From assembly GCA_022072175.1 (NCBI GenBank), contig JAJVIE010000003.1:1134483-1198482 (forward strand): DNA of 64,000 nucleotides, given 5' to 3'. This document shows, one piece after another, positions 39,546 to 49,600 of the stretch (within the stretch, counting starts at the first letter, position 1; each line of letters opens with the position of its first letter). Both the position numbers and the translations under genes were made by a program. The notes beneath the pieces were generated by a model. That model ran no database searches. It saw only the letters and a list, made by a program, of their open reading frames with translations, and was not told where the DNA came from. This DNA comes from Candidatus Omnitrophota bacterium (GTDB lineage Bacteria > Omnitrophota > Gorgyraeia > 2-02-FULL-51-18).

Positions 39546-40322
39546 ATGTCCAACCCTCTTTTCCGAGGTGACGCGGCGCTTTTCCGGGCGCTCTGCCGCA
39601 ATCAGATCATCTCCAGCGACTACCGCAGCGGCCTGGGCGTGCTGTGGAGCTTTCTGGGACCTCTTCTCAAGGCGACCGTCTTCTATCTGATCTTCCATGA
39701 GATCTGGGGACGGTCGGTGACACATTTCGGCCTCAAGATCCTGGTCGGCGTCGTTGCCCTGCAGTTCTTCCATTCGATCGTGCAGTACTCCCAACAGGGG
39801 ATCCGACAGGGGCAGGGCACCGCCCTGCACACGACAGTGCCGTTCGAGGTGCTGCTCTTCCCCACCTACGCCGTGCCCACGCTCAAGCTGATGACGGAAC
39901 TGACGATCTGCTGGCTGGCAGCGGCGTTCTTCGCGGGCGCGGGTATCATGGTCTGGGTCCGGCTGTTGGCCCTCGGTCTTCTTCTGTTGGCTTTTTCGAT
40001 CGGCACCGGCCTCTTGATCGCGTCCCTGCAAACACTGGCCCGGGACATCTCCGAGATCTGGCACCACCTATCGCCTCTCCTGCTGTTCCTGACGCCCGTC
40101 TTCTATTCCCTGGACCGCCTGCCCGAGAACGTCGCGGGGATCGTTCGCGCGCTCAATCCCCTGTGTCCGTTCGTTCTGGCCTTCCAATCGTCGTTGACCG
40201 CCTCCCCGGTGCCCGGGGCCGGCGGGGCCTGGATCGCGAGCATCGCCTGGTCCGCGGGCGCTCTGGCGGCGGGCTACACCGTCTTCCGCGCTCTGGAAAA
40301 AGAGATCGTGGAGAACCTGTGA
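39546..40322 (+). CDS. wzm: ABC-2 type polysaccharide exporter permease
   Basis: 258 aa, 6 TM helices, ABC-2/Wzm/TagG-like. Confidence 0.85.
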   Translation: MSNPLFRGDAALFRALCRNQIISSDYRSGLGVLWSFLGPLLKATVFYLIFHEIWGRSVTHFGLKILVGVVALQFFHSIVQYSQQGIRQGQGTALHTTVPFEVLLFPTYAVPTLKLMTELTICWLAAAFFAGAGIMVWVRLLALGLLLLAFSIGTGLLIASLQTLARDISEIWHHLSPLLLFLTPVFYSLDRLPENVAGIVRALNPLCPFVLAFQSSLTASPVPGAGGAWIASIAWSAGALAAGYTVFRALEKEIVENL

Positions 40323-41101
40323 GCGGCGGAACGGTCCTGAGGCTTGCCGGCGTCTCCAAGAAGTTCCGCGTCTACCGGTCCGAGCGGACGCTCTTCCGCT
40401 ATCTGATGCGCACCCTGAGCGGGGAGCCGATCCACGACACGCTCTGGGCCTTGCGCGGCGTGGACCTGGAACTGCGGCGGGGGGACAAGGTCGCCGTGCT
40501 CGGCCGCAACGGAGCCGGCAAGAGCACCCTTCTGCGTCTGGCGGCGGGTATCTACGGTCCGAGCTCCGGCACGATCGAGCGCTCGGAGCCGGGGCTGGCG
40601 CTGTTCCGCTACGGCGTGGGCATGCAAGCCGACCTGCCGGTCATCGAGAACATCCTGACGACCGGCGCCTTCTACCGGATCCCTCTTGCGCGGCTCCGGG
40701 AGCGCTCCGAGGCGATCCTCCGCTTCTCGGGGCTCGAGCATCTGCGCTATCATCCCGTCAAACGCCTCTCCTCAGGCCAGGTCCAGCGGCTCAACTTCTC
40801 GATCTTCCTGGAAGCGGGTTTTTCCTTCCTGGTCTTCGACGAGAGCACCAGCATGGCGGACATCGAGTTCAGGGCCCGCGCGGCCGTTGCCCTGCGGGAA
40901 CTGCTCCGTTCGGACAAGACGGTCCTCTTGGCGACGCACCAGCTGGATTTCGCGGCGCAGAACTGCGACCGAGCGATCTGGCTCGAGGACGGGCGGGTGG
41001 TCCAGAGCGGCGGCGTGCGGGAAGTGTCCGAGGCTTACGAAGCGTTCTGCGAGAAGCTCGCGCGAGGTCCGGCGGTCAATGCAGGGAAGGCCGCCATTTG
41101 A
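40319..41101 (+). CDS. wzt: ABC polysaccharide exporter ATP-binding protein
   Basis: GTG start overlapping the wzm TGA. Walker A GRNGAGKST, signature LSSGQ, Walker B LVFDE. No C-terminal carbohydrate-binding extension. Confidence 0.85.
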   Translation: MSGGTVLRLAGVSKKFRVYRSERTLFRYLMRTLSGEPIHDTLWALRGVDLELRRGDKVAVLGRNGAGKSTLLRLAAGIYGPSSGTIERSEPGLALFRYGVGMQADLPVIENILTTGAFYRIPLARLRERSEAILRFSGLEHLRYHPVKRLSSGQVQRLNFSIFLEAGFSFLVFDESTSMADIEFRARAAVALRELLRSDKTVLLATHQLDFAAQNCDRAIWLEDGRVVQSGGVREVSEAYEAFCEKLARGPAVNAGKAAI

Positions 41102-41666
41102 GCGAGCGTATGATCGCCTCCTCCTCGCGGACCAGGCGCTCCAGCCGGGCGTCCACCGTACGTTCATCGAAGTATTCGAGCGCCAGGTTCACGAACAGAT
41201 TGCCGTGCCGCGCCTCGGCGACGCAGAACTCCTTGTAGAACGCCTTGAGCTCGGGGTCCTCGAGGGCCCGATAGACGATCTGGAACCGCTCGGCCCCGCG
41301 CGCTTCGACGATGGAGGCGACCAAGAGACGGTCCAGGAACCGCTCCTCGCGGCCGCTCCGGCAGTGGGCCATCAGTCGGCTGACGTAGGGGTCCTTGATG
41401 AAATTGGGTTTGAGCGGCAAACCGCGTTTCTCAAGGATGCGGTGCACCTGCCTGAAATGCGCCAGCTCCTCCAGCGCCAGGTCGATCATCGGGCCGATGA
41501 TCTTCGTCCGGTCCGGACACTTGACCACGAAACCCAGCGCCATGGCCGAGGCCTTGAGCTCGCAGTCGGCGTGGTCGGCCAGGAACTCGTCGAAATGATC
41601 CAGGATCACACGCACCCAGGACGGGTCGGTCTTGCAGGTCAGCTGGACGGTCTTGGTCGGCATCAT
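41076..41666 (-). CDS. miaE: tRNA-(ms2io6A37) hydroxylase
   Basis: Ferritin-like di-iron helices with E..H motifs (DHADCELKA..., EARHGNLF). Start is MMPTKTV, with the exact start +/-3 nt. Confidence 0.75.
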   Translation of the reverse strand: MMPTKTVQLTCKTDPSWVRVILDHFDEFLADHADCELKASAMALGFVVKCPDRTKIIGPMIDLALEELAHFRQVHRILEKRGLPLKPNFIKDPYVSRLMAHCRSGREERFLDRLLVASIVEARGAERFQIVYRALEDPELKAFYKEFCVAEARHGNLFVNLALEYFDERTVDARLERLVREEEAIIRSLKWRPSLH

Positions 41667-41677
41667 CTCCCCCGGGT

Positions 41678-43246
41678 TCAGCGTATTGTATCGGACCCCG
41701 GCCTTCGCGGCCAAGAACCCTCCGGGCCCGGAGCGATCTCCCGCGAACGACCGCCGTCGAGATAGAACACCCGAAGGGGCCTGTCCCCCCGGCGTTCGGG
41801 CCGGAAGAGCAGTTTTCGGGGACCCCGCCCGATCACCGTCCCGAGCTTGGGGAGACCCTGAGCCGGCGGCCATTCGATCAAACGCGATGTCCCCGTCTCA
41901 GGCTCGAGCCGGAGAACCCCTTCGTCCAGCTGGGTGGCCCGAAAATCCCCGGATCGCCGGTGAGCGTAGAGCATCACGCCCTCGACCGCTCCGGAACCCC
42001 GGCCCGCGGCAAGAAGCGCGGCGGACGTCAGTCCGTTGCGTAGAACATATCGGCCCCGATAGCTGTCGGGCACATTGAGCACCACCACATCGGACGAGCG
42101 CGAGGCGGCTGCCACCGGACCCAGGACCGCGTCACGCAAACGCGCTGCCGCCGCCCAATCCGCTTGCGCCGCCCACGTTCGCGTCAACGCGTATCCGATC
42201 AGAGCGGCCGAGACCGCGATCCGGAGCGTCCGGCCCCGGACGGCGTCATGGATCGCCCCCGAGACGCACAGCGCCGCGAACACGGTGGACCAGTAGAGCA
42301 GGCGCTCGTTCTCAGGCGAGCCCGGAGCCGCCCCAAAATTGACGGTCGGCAGGAACGCGACCGTCATGAGGACCGCGCAGGCGGAAGGGATCGTACGCCA
42401 CCACCGGACGACGAGGAGCCACACGCACAACCCCGCCCCGATCAGGATCGGCCGGGCGGCCGCTCCCCATGCGGCGACATCCCCGGTTCCGGACAGACAT
42501 CTGGCGGGCAGGGACGCGACGTTGAAGAACAACCGCCCCGGATCGAAGTTCAGATGAAAACGCTGTCCGTATCCGCCGATCGGATCGCCGAGATAAGCTC
42601 CCCTGGCCAGGATATAAACAACGGTCAGGACAAGGAACGGCCAGGGCAGGGCCCGGCCGAGCGGCCGCTGTCCGCGGCCGCGTGCCAACACATCGTGCGC
42701 GGCCAACACCAGAGGGAAAGCGACCGCCGATTCCTTGGTGAACAAGAAAAGGACGAAGATCGTCGCGCAGACGGTTTCGTAGCGCCGGCGTCCGGTCTCC
42801 CGGTAGACCACGTACGCCCAGTATCCCGCCGTACCCCACAACGCGGCCAACACATCACAGCGCCCGGTGATCCAGCTGACCGCCTCCGAGTGGACCGGCA
42901 GGACCACGAAGAGCGACGCCGAGAGCAGCGCCGCTCCCCTGGAGCCGGGATACAACCGCCGCGCCAGACCGTAGAGCACGGCGGCCACGATCAGGTGGAG
43001 AACGAGGTTGGTGAGATGATGTCCCGGAGCCCACGGACCGCACAGGCGGATGTCCGCGAGCCACGTCGAGGCGGTCAAGGGGCGCACGAACATCGGCCAC
43101 CAGAGCGTCCACACGCTCTCGTCCCGGATCAAAAAGTGGCGGAGGATCAGGTAGTCGTCGGAGAGGAACCCGAAGCTCAGGGACGATCCATAAGCGACCA
43201 GACCGAGAACGACGATCAGGAGCGCCTCTCCGATCCGGCGGAACAT
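41678..43246 (-). CDS. TMTC-like GT-C membrane glycosyltransferase, paralog 2 (no TPR; distinct soluble C-terminal domain)
   Basis: DDYLILRHF...GHHLTNLVLHLIVAAVLY and HSEAVSWI motifs. Start is Met89 of the track ORF, a TGATG junction with the putA stop. Confidence 0.65.
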   Translation of the reverse strand: MFRRIGEALLIVVLGLVAYGSSLSFGFLSDDYLILRHFLIRDESVWTLWWPMFVRPLTASTWLADIRLCGPWAPGHHLTNLVLHLIVAAVLYGLARRLYPGSRGAALLSASLFVVLPVHSEAVSWITGRCDVLAALWGTAGYWAYVVYRETGRRRYETVCATIFVLFLFTKESAVAFPLVLAAHDVLARGRGQRPLGRALPWPFLVLTVVYILARGAYLGDPIGGYGQRFHLNFDPGRLFFNVASLPARCLSGTGDVAAWGAAARPILIGAGLCVWLLVVRWWRTIPSACAVLMTVAFLPTVNFGAAPGSPENERLLYWSTVFAALCVSGAIHDAVRGRTLRIAVSAALIGYALTRTWAAQADWAAAARLRDAVLGPVAAASRSSDVVVLNVPDSYRGRYVLRNGLTSAALLAAGRGSGAVEGVMLYAHRRSGDFRATQLDEGVLRLEPETGTSRLIEWPPAQGLPKLGTVIGRGPRKLLFRPERRGDRPLRVFYLDGGRSREIAPGPEGSWPRRPGSDTIR

Positions 43247-46200
43247 CAACCTCGTTCCACGAACTGCGCCAGGTAGTCGGGGCCTCCGGCCTTGGTTCCC
43301 AGGCCGGAGTGCTTCAATCCGCCGAACGGCTGGCGTCCGACCAGGGCCCCGGTGATCCCGCGGTTGAGATAGAGGTTGCCGACCTCCAGCTCCCGGCGCG
43401 CGCGGGTCAAGGTCAACGGCGACTGGGAAAAGACCCCCGCGGTCAACCCATAGGGCACCGCCGAGCACAGGCGCAGTGCCTCGTCCAAGTCCCGCGCGGG
43501 GGTCAGGCACAGGACCGGGCCGAAGATCTCCTCGGAGAACAACCTCGAGGAAGCGGGCACGTCCGCGTACACGACGGCGGGCGCGTAGTAGCCCCGTTCG
43601 TCCGCGGCGCCCTTCCTCTCAGCGGGGATATCCCTCCAAGCCAGCGGACGCAGCCCCTCGGATCGCCCGCGTTCGATGTACGCGAGCACCCGCTCCCTCG
43701 CCGCCCGATCGATGAGCGCCGACAGACGCACGCCGGGCTCCTGCGGCGAGCCAGCGACCATCGCGTTGAAGCGCCTGCGGAGCCTCTCCTCGAAAGCCGC
43801 CCGGATGGGCTCGAGCACGATCACGCGCGAGCAGGCCGAGCATTTCTGACCGGCGTACCCGAACGCCGACTGGATCACGGATGCGGCCGCCTCGTCCGGA
43901 TCGGCGTCGGCGTCCACGATGATCGCGTTCTTGCCTCCCATCTCGGCGATCACCGACCGGGGATCGCCCGAAGCGCCGAGGGCCTCCGCGTACAACGACA
44001 GTCCGACCTCGCGTGAGCCCGTGAACGTCACGGTCCGCACGTCCGGATGAGCGGCCAGGACCGCACCGGCACCCGGCCCGTCACCCGGCACCAGATGCAG
44101 GGCGCCTCCGGGCGTTCCGGCCTCGAGAAGAAGACGCGTCAGCGCCCAACCGGTGACGCTCGACTGCTCCGCTGGCTTGAACACGACCGTGTTGCCGGTG
44201 ACCAGCGCGGCGGCGGCCATCCCCGCCGGGATCGCGAACGGGAAGTTCCAGGGCGAGATCACCGCCGTCACCCCGCGCGGACGCCACGACCCCGGCAAAC
44301 GGCGGACGGTCTCCGCGTAGTAGTTGAAAAAATCGACCCCCTCGTCGACCTCGCGGACGGCCTCCTCGATGGGCTTGGCCACCTCGAGCGCGATGAGCCG
44401 CGCCAGGCCCGCGCGGTCGCGCAGCGCCAGCTGCGCCGCGCGGCGCAGGAGGGCCGAGCGCTCCTCGAGCGGCGTCCGGGCCCAACCCTCGAGGCTCCGC
44501 CGCGCCGCGGCCACCGCCAGCCGGACCTCCTCCTCCCCCGCCCAGTGCACGGCCGCGACCGCGCGGTCGGGACGGCAAGGGTCCTCGGACGGCACGACGT
44601 TGCCGGTGCGCACCGGCCGGCCGTCCACGATGGGACCGGGCTCACCGTCGATGAGCCGAGGCAGAAGAGTCTCGCCCTCCGCCAAGAAGCTCCCACGCCG
44701 TTCGCGCTCGTGCCAACGCAGTTCGGGCGTGCTCCTGAACCCGCTGACCCCGCCGCGGGAGCGCGGTTCCGGAGCGAAGCCGGCTTGCAGCGTGTTCTCG
44801 CACACGCTGACGGCGGCCGTCAGCTCCGGCCAGAGCTCGACGCTCCGCTCGGCTCGCACCCATCGAGGCGGCGTGCGGCGTTCGAGGGTCCGCTCGCTCA
44901 ACATCCGGCGCAGCGCCTGTTCGTCCGCCAAGCGGCCGACCACGCAGACCCACGCCAAGGCTTCCGAGCGAAGAGCCGCAGGTACGTCGGTCACGATCGC
45001 CGGGCTTCCGCCGCCGACACAGGAACTCAGAACGCCGGGAGAACCCGCCAGGCGCACAGGACCTCCGGCGCACAACGCGACACCGCACACGCGTCCCAGG
45101 AGCGCCGGATCGGCGCCCTCACCCGCGATCACCAAGCCGTCGCCCCTCGAGCGGTAGAGTATCGCGTTGAGCTCTCCGGGCAGGGACTGGACCCCGTCAC
45201 CGGCGGACCCGAGCGCGCGCCGAGCTTCCTGGATGCCGGCGCGCACCCCTTCCCCGAAGACCCCCGGAGCCGCGGACGCCAGACGCTCGGCTTCCCTGAG
45301 GCCGCGCTCCATCGCATCATGCGGAACGCTCCTCACCGCATCCTCCCGCGACGGTGTCGCGCCGCTCTCCGGCGCGGGCGGACGCAATTGACGCTCGATA
45401 TCCACGGCACGGTAGGACAGGCGCCGCAGGAACGAGTGGTTGGAAGAGTTCTCCAGCAGACGGCGCACCAGATAAGCCAGTCCCGGCAGCAGCTGTCCGT
45501 ACGGTGTGTAGTAACGCACCGGCCAGCCGCGGGCCGCTACGGCCGCGGCGATCTCATCGGGGATCATGCCGTACAGGAACTGGAATTCCAAGTCCGCGGG
45601 TCGCGACCCCGCTGCTTCCGCGCAGGCCAGCACCCAAGCGATGGAGCGTACATTGTGTGTTCCGAAAGCCCGGTACAGGCCGTGCTCTTCCTTGAAAAGC
45701 CGCATGGCCAGACGCTCGAAGGACCGGTCGGTGTCGGATTTCAGGTCGTAGAGGGGGTTGGGCCAACCCCGCCGGGCGGCCAGCACGGTGTCGCTGTCCC
45801 AGTTGGCGCCCTTCACCAAGCGCACGCCGAGCGGCCGGCGGACATCTCGAGCAGCGTGGATCAGCCGCGTCAGGTCGGTGTCGGTCTCATCGCGCACGTA
45901 GGCCTGCAGAGCCACGGACAAGCGCGCCGTTCCCGGATGAGCGGTCGCGGCCGCGACGACCGTCTCCAGCGTCAGGGACTTCTGCGTGTACTGCTCCATA
46001 TCGAGGGTGACTCGCGCGCCCTTGCGGTCGGCCGCTTCGAGCAGACGGCCGATCGCGGGCAGGACCGCGGCCAGTGTCCGATCCGCCGCTCCCGGATCGA
46101 ACACCGGATCCATCGCCGAGAGCTTCAGGGACACATCGTCGACACCCGCCTCGAGCAGTCGGAGGTACTCCGACATGTAGGCCTCCGCGTCGGCGGCATC

Positions 46201-46686
46201 CGCGCAGTTCTCGCCGAGCACATCGACGCTCACACCGTAACCACGCTCCCCGAGGCGCCTCCGGACGCGCAGGACATCGTCCAGTGCACAACCCGCGAAG
46301 AACCTCCCCGCCATCACACGCTCGATCAGGGACACGACCGTACGGGCGGCGGCGCGCTCGACGAGACCTCCCAGAAGAGGCGCGCGGCGGAGCGGGTCGA
46401 GCAGGACAGCGGGCGAGCGCAGAAGGGCCGGGATACCCTCGGCGCCGAAATATTGGACCAGATGGTCGCAGACACGCCTGTCATCGGCATGGATGAGCGG
46501 CAACAGGGCCGTGAAACGGAACGCGCGCTCTTTGAGCCCCGGATCGGACGCCGTCAGGCGCAGCAACGCTTCCGAGGGGTCCAGACGGCGTCGGAGCCGC
46601 GTCAGACGCGCGCGCCGGGCCGCCTCGAAGAGCTCGCGGCCGATCCGGCGCGCCGAGGGCTCGAGCTCAGCCCAGGAGGAACTCAA
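43246..46686 (-). CDS. putA: Bifunctional proline dehydrogenase / L-glutamate-gamma-semialdehyde dehydrogenase
   Basis: 1146 aa. PRODH barrel, then an ALDH domain with the FGYAGQKCSACSR catalytic-Cys region. No N-terminal RHH DNA-binding domain. Confidence 0.9.
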   Translation of the reverse strand: MSSSWAELEPSARRIGRELFEAARRARLTRLRRRLDPSEALLRLTASDPGLKERAFRFTALLPLIHADDRRVCDHLVQYFGAEGIPALLRSPAVLLDPLRRAPLLGGLVERAAARTVVSLIERVMAGRFFAGCALDDVLRVRRRLGERGYGVSVDVLGENCADAADAEAYMSEYLRLLEAGVDDVSLKLSAMDPVFDPGAADRTLAAVLPAIGRLLEAADRKGARVTLDMEQYTQKSLTLETVVAAATAHPGTARLSVALQAYVRDETDTDLTRLIHAARDVRRPLGVRLVKGANWDSDTVLAARRGWPNPLYDLKSDTDRSFERLAMRLFKEEHGLYRAFGTHNVRSIAWVLACAEAAGSRPADLEFQFLYGMIPDEIAAAVAARGWPVRYYTPYGQLLPGLAYLVRRLLENSSNHSFLRRLSYRAVDIERQLRPPAPESGATPSREDAVRSVPHDAMERGLREAERLASAAPGVFGEGVRAGIQEARRALGSAGDGVQSLPGELNAILYRSRGDGLVIAGEGADPALLGRVCGVALCAGGPVRLAGSPGVLSSCVGGGSPAIVTDVPAALRSEALAWVCVVGRLADEQALRRMLSERTLERRTPPRWVRAERSVELWPELTAAVSVCENTLQAGFAPEPRSRGGVSGFRSTPELRWHERERRGSFLAEGETLLPRLIDGEPGPIVDGRPVRTGNVVPSEDPCRPDRAVAAVHWAGEEEVRLAVAAARRSLEGWARTPLEERSALLRRAAQLALRDRAGLARLIALEVAKPIEEAVREVDEGVDFFNYYAETVRRLPGSWRPRGVTAVISPWNFPFAIPAGMAAAALVTGNTVVFKPAEQSSVTGWALTRLLLEAGTPGGALHLVPGDGPGAGAVLAAHPDVRTVTFTGSREVGLSLYAEALGASGDPRSVIAEMGGKNAIIVDADADPDEAAASVIQSAFGYAGQKCSACSRVIVLEPIRAAFEERLRRRFNAMVAGSPQEPGVRLSALIDRAARERVLAYIERGRSEGLRPLAWRDIPAERKGAADERGYYAPAVVYADVPASSRLFSEEIFGPVLCLTPARDLDEALRLCSAVPYGLTAGVFSQSPLTLTRARRELEVGNLYLNRGITGALVGRQPFGGLKHSGLGTKAGGPDYLAQFVERG

Positions 46687-49600
46687 GGTCCTCGCGGCCC
46701 AGGGTGCCGCGTGACGTTCCCCCGAGGGCTTGGCCCGCCAGCTCGGCCTTGCGGGATTTCAACTGCAGGATGCGTTCCTCCAGGGTGCCGCGCATGATGA
46801 GGCGGGTCACGAACACATGATTCTTCTGTCCGATGCGGTGAGCCCGGTCGGAGGCCTGGTCCTCGACGGCGGGGTTCCACCACGGGTCCAGATGGAAGAC
46901 ATGATTGGCGCGCGTGAGGTTGAGGCCGACGCCGCCGGTCCTCAGGCTGATCAGGAACACCGGCGGCGAAGCGCCGCTCTGATAGCTCTCGACGAGGGCC
47001 TTGCGGCGGGAAGCGGGCACGGTGCCGTCCATGCGCAGATACTCGATCCGCTCGGCCGACAGCGCCTCTTCGATCTCATCGAGAAAGGACGTGAACTGCG
47101 AGAACACCAGAGCGCTGCCCTCCTCCTCGAGGAGCTCGCGGAGCTTGAGCACCAGGAACTGCGTCTTGGGCGACGGTTCGGCGTGCGCGCGGTCGAACAG
47201 TCTCGGCGAGACGCAGATCTGCCGCAGGCGGGTCAGCGCGGCCAGCGCCTCGAGCGAGGCCTCACCGGCGCTCTTACGCACGAACGCCCGCTTGACCTGG
47301 GACCGCACCGACTCGAGCGTGCGGTCGTACAGCGCCCTCTGGCGCTTGGACATGGGCAGGAAGATCTCCTGTTCGGTCTTGGGCGGCAGTTCACGCGCGG
47401 CCGTGTCCTTGGTGCGCCGGAGCACGAAAGGCCGCGCCCGGTGACGCAGACGCTCGAGACGCTCGGCATCATCGGCGCGCCGGAACGTCTCGTACTCGCC
47501 CAACAACCCCGGCAGGGCGAGGTCCATCACCGAATAGAACTCCCCCAGGTGGTTTTCCAGCGGGGTCCCCGTCAGCGTCAACCGGAACGACGCTCGGAGC
47601 GACCGGGCCGCCGAGGTCCGCTCGGAGCGGATGTTCTTGAGGTACTGAGCTTCGTCAAAAATGAGCGTGTGGTAACGCCCGCGCTTGAGACGTTCGAGCT
47701 GTCGGCGCAGGGTCTCATAGCTGATGATCACCACGTCAGCTCCCGAGGGTAGCGCGCCCGAGGTCCATTCGACGACGCTCAGCGAGGGACAAAAATGCCC
47801 GATCTCCTTTTTCCAATTGAAGATCAAGGTCGGCGGCACGACCAGAAGGTGCGGCAAGCCGGAAACACCGGCGTGGAGCTTGATCTTGCCTTCTTTGAGC
47901 CCCCCGAGGAACGCGATCGCCTGCACGGTCTTGCCCAGACCCATGTCGTCGGCCAAACAGGCCCCCAAGCGGTGTTCGTACAGGAAAGCCAGCCAGTCGT
48001 ATCCGGTCTTCTGATAGTCGCGCAGGAGCCCGCGGAACGACGACGGAGGCTCCTTGGGCTCGATCCGCTCGAAACGCAGCAAACGTTGGACGCGCGCCTC
48101 GTCCTCGGCCGGCAGCGTGATCTCCACGCCGCGCGACCTCAGCCGCACCCAGTCCAGGAGTTCCAGCCGATCGATGCGCACCGGGTCATCGGCCGAGCGG
48201 CGCCGGGACAACGGCGGCATGAGCCCCGCCAGCGCCCGGAGGGTCTCGAGGCTCTTGTCATCGACGAGCATGAGGCGGCCTTCGACCTCGGACAACCCGC
48301 TGTCGGCCAGGATGCGCCGCCACTCCTCCTCGGGCACCGCTCGCCCGCCGGAGACGACCCTTGGCCGCGCCTCGAACCACTCCCCGCCCGCACGGGCCCG
48401 TCCGTCCAGATCGAAGCTCAGCGCCTGACGGCGCACCGGGGCCTCGCCCCACCACAACTCATAACCCTCGGCCGACAGCGCCGCGTACAGACGCCGCAAC
48501 CTCTCGTACAAACCCTCCGAGACCAGCGCCACCGCCGCGCCGCGCGTCCAGTCGCACACATCCCCGCCGAGCGCTTCGGCGGCCAGAACGGCCGACCGGA
48601 TCCGCCTGCGGGGTTCGGCCGTCAACGTGTAGAAGCCCTCACGCGAGGCCCTCAGCCGCTCGACCGGCTCCCCGGCGAAAGCCTTGCGGAAACGCCGGGC
48701 GGCCTCCTCGAGCTCGAAGGCCGCTTCCTCGAGCGGTGTGACACGCAGCGCCTCGCGGCGGAGGCGTTCCTGCGTGTCGGGCCCCTCGAACTCGAGCGCT
48801 TCGAGCAGGTACGCGCGACAGCGCTCTTTGGAGGACTTGCGGGACAACGCCGCGGAGCGGAACTCCAGGTGGGACAGGAACGCCGCGGCCGCTCCCTCCT
48901 GACCGCCTTCGTACGGTTTTCCGTCGAGAGCGCTCTCACAGCGTGCCCAAACCCTGCCATCCGGGCGGCGCCACACGACGATCCGCTGTTCGGGGCGGCG
49001 CGGACCGGCGGTCGAAGCTCCTCCGTCCACTTCGAACATCAGGTCCTTGAGGTAGGCCTCCCGCATCCCCGAGGGGAAGCTCAGGGCCTTCTCGTTGAGA
49101 TACGCGATGGGCAGGCGGCGTTCGCGCTCGCTTTCGTAGTGCCGCGGCGGCTCGACGGTCACACTGCGCGACGGACCCCGTGATCGCGTCGGTCTCGAGG
49201 GGACATAACCGTCCTCGGGGTCATAGCTGTCGCTCTCTTCGGTCTCGTACGCCAGTTCCTTGACCGCGGAGCGGGTACGGGTCTCCGTCGTCGTTTCCGC
49301 GGCGTCCGACAACAGAAGGTCCGCGACCTGCCAGCCGGAACGGTCGATGACGCGACCCAGCCGTCCGGTGGACAGGTCCGCCGCGAACGTCCGGCCGATG
49401 CGGACCGGCGAGACGATCGGCCGCGAGGGATCGCGGACATCGCAGAGCGCGCGGACGACCCCGACCTCACCCGCGCGGCCGTCGAGACGCAATCGCGTCC
49501 GGGCCCGCAGTTCCAGGTCCGGGTCCCAGCGCAGTTCGGTCGATCCGGCGGCCGTCTCCACGACCAGGCGCAACGCCTCTTCAGGAGCGTCGAGATAGTC

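Noticed and set aside
39546-39601. Use of the ATG at 39547 or 39601 for the minus-strand TMTC-like gene
   Set aside because: These starts would leave no room for either promoter and overlap the wzm start codon. An internal GTG start is preferred but unproven.
44047-46797. 916-aa plus-strand ORF antisense to putA
   Set aside because: putA is unambiguous (PRODH plus ALDH catalytic Cys). The antisense ORF is a GC-frame artefact.
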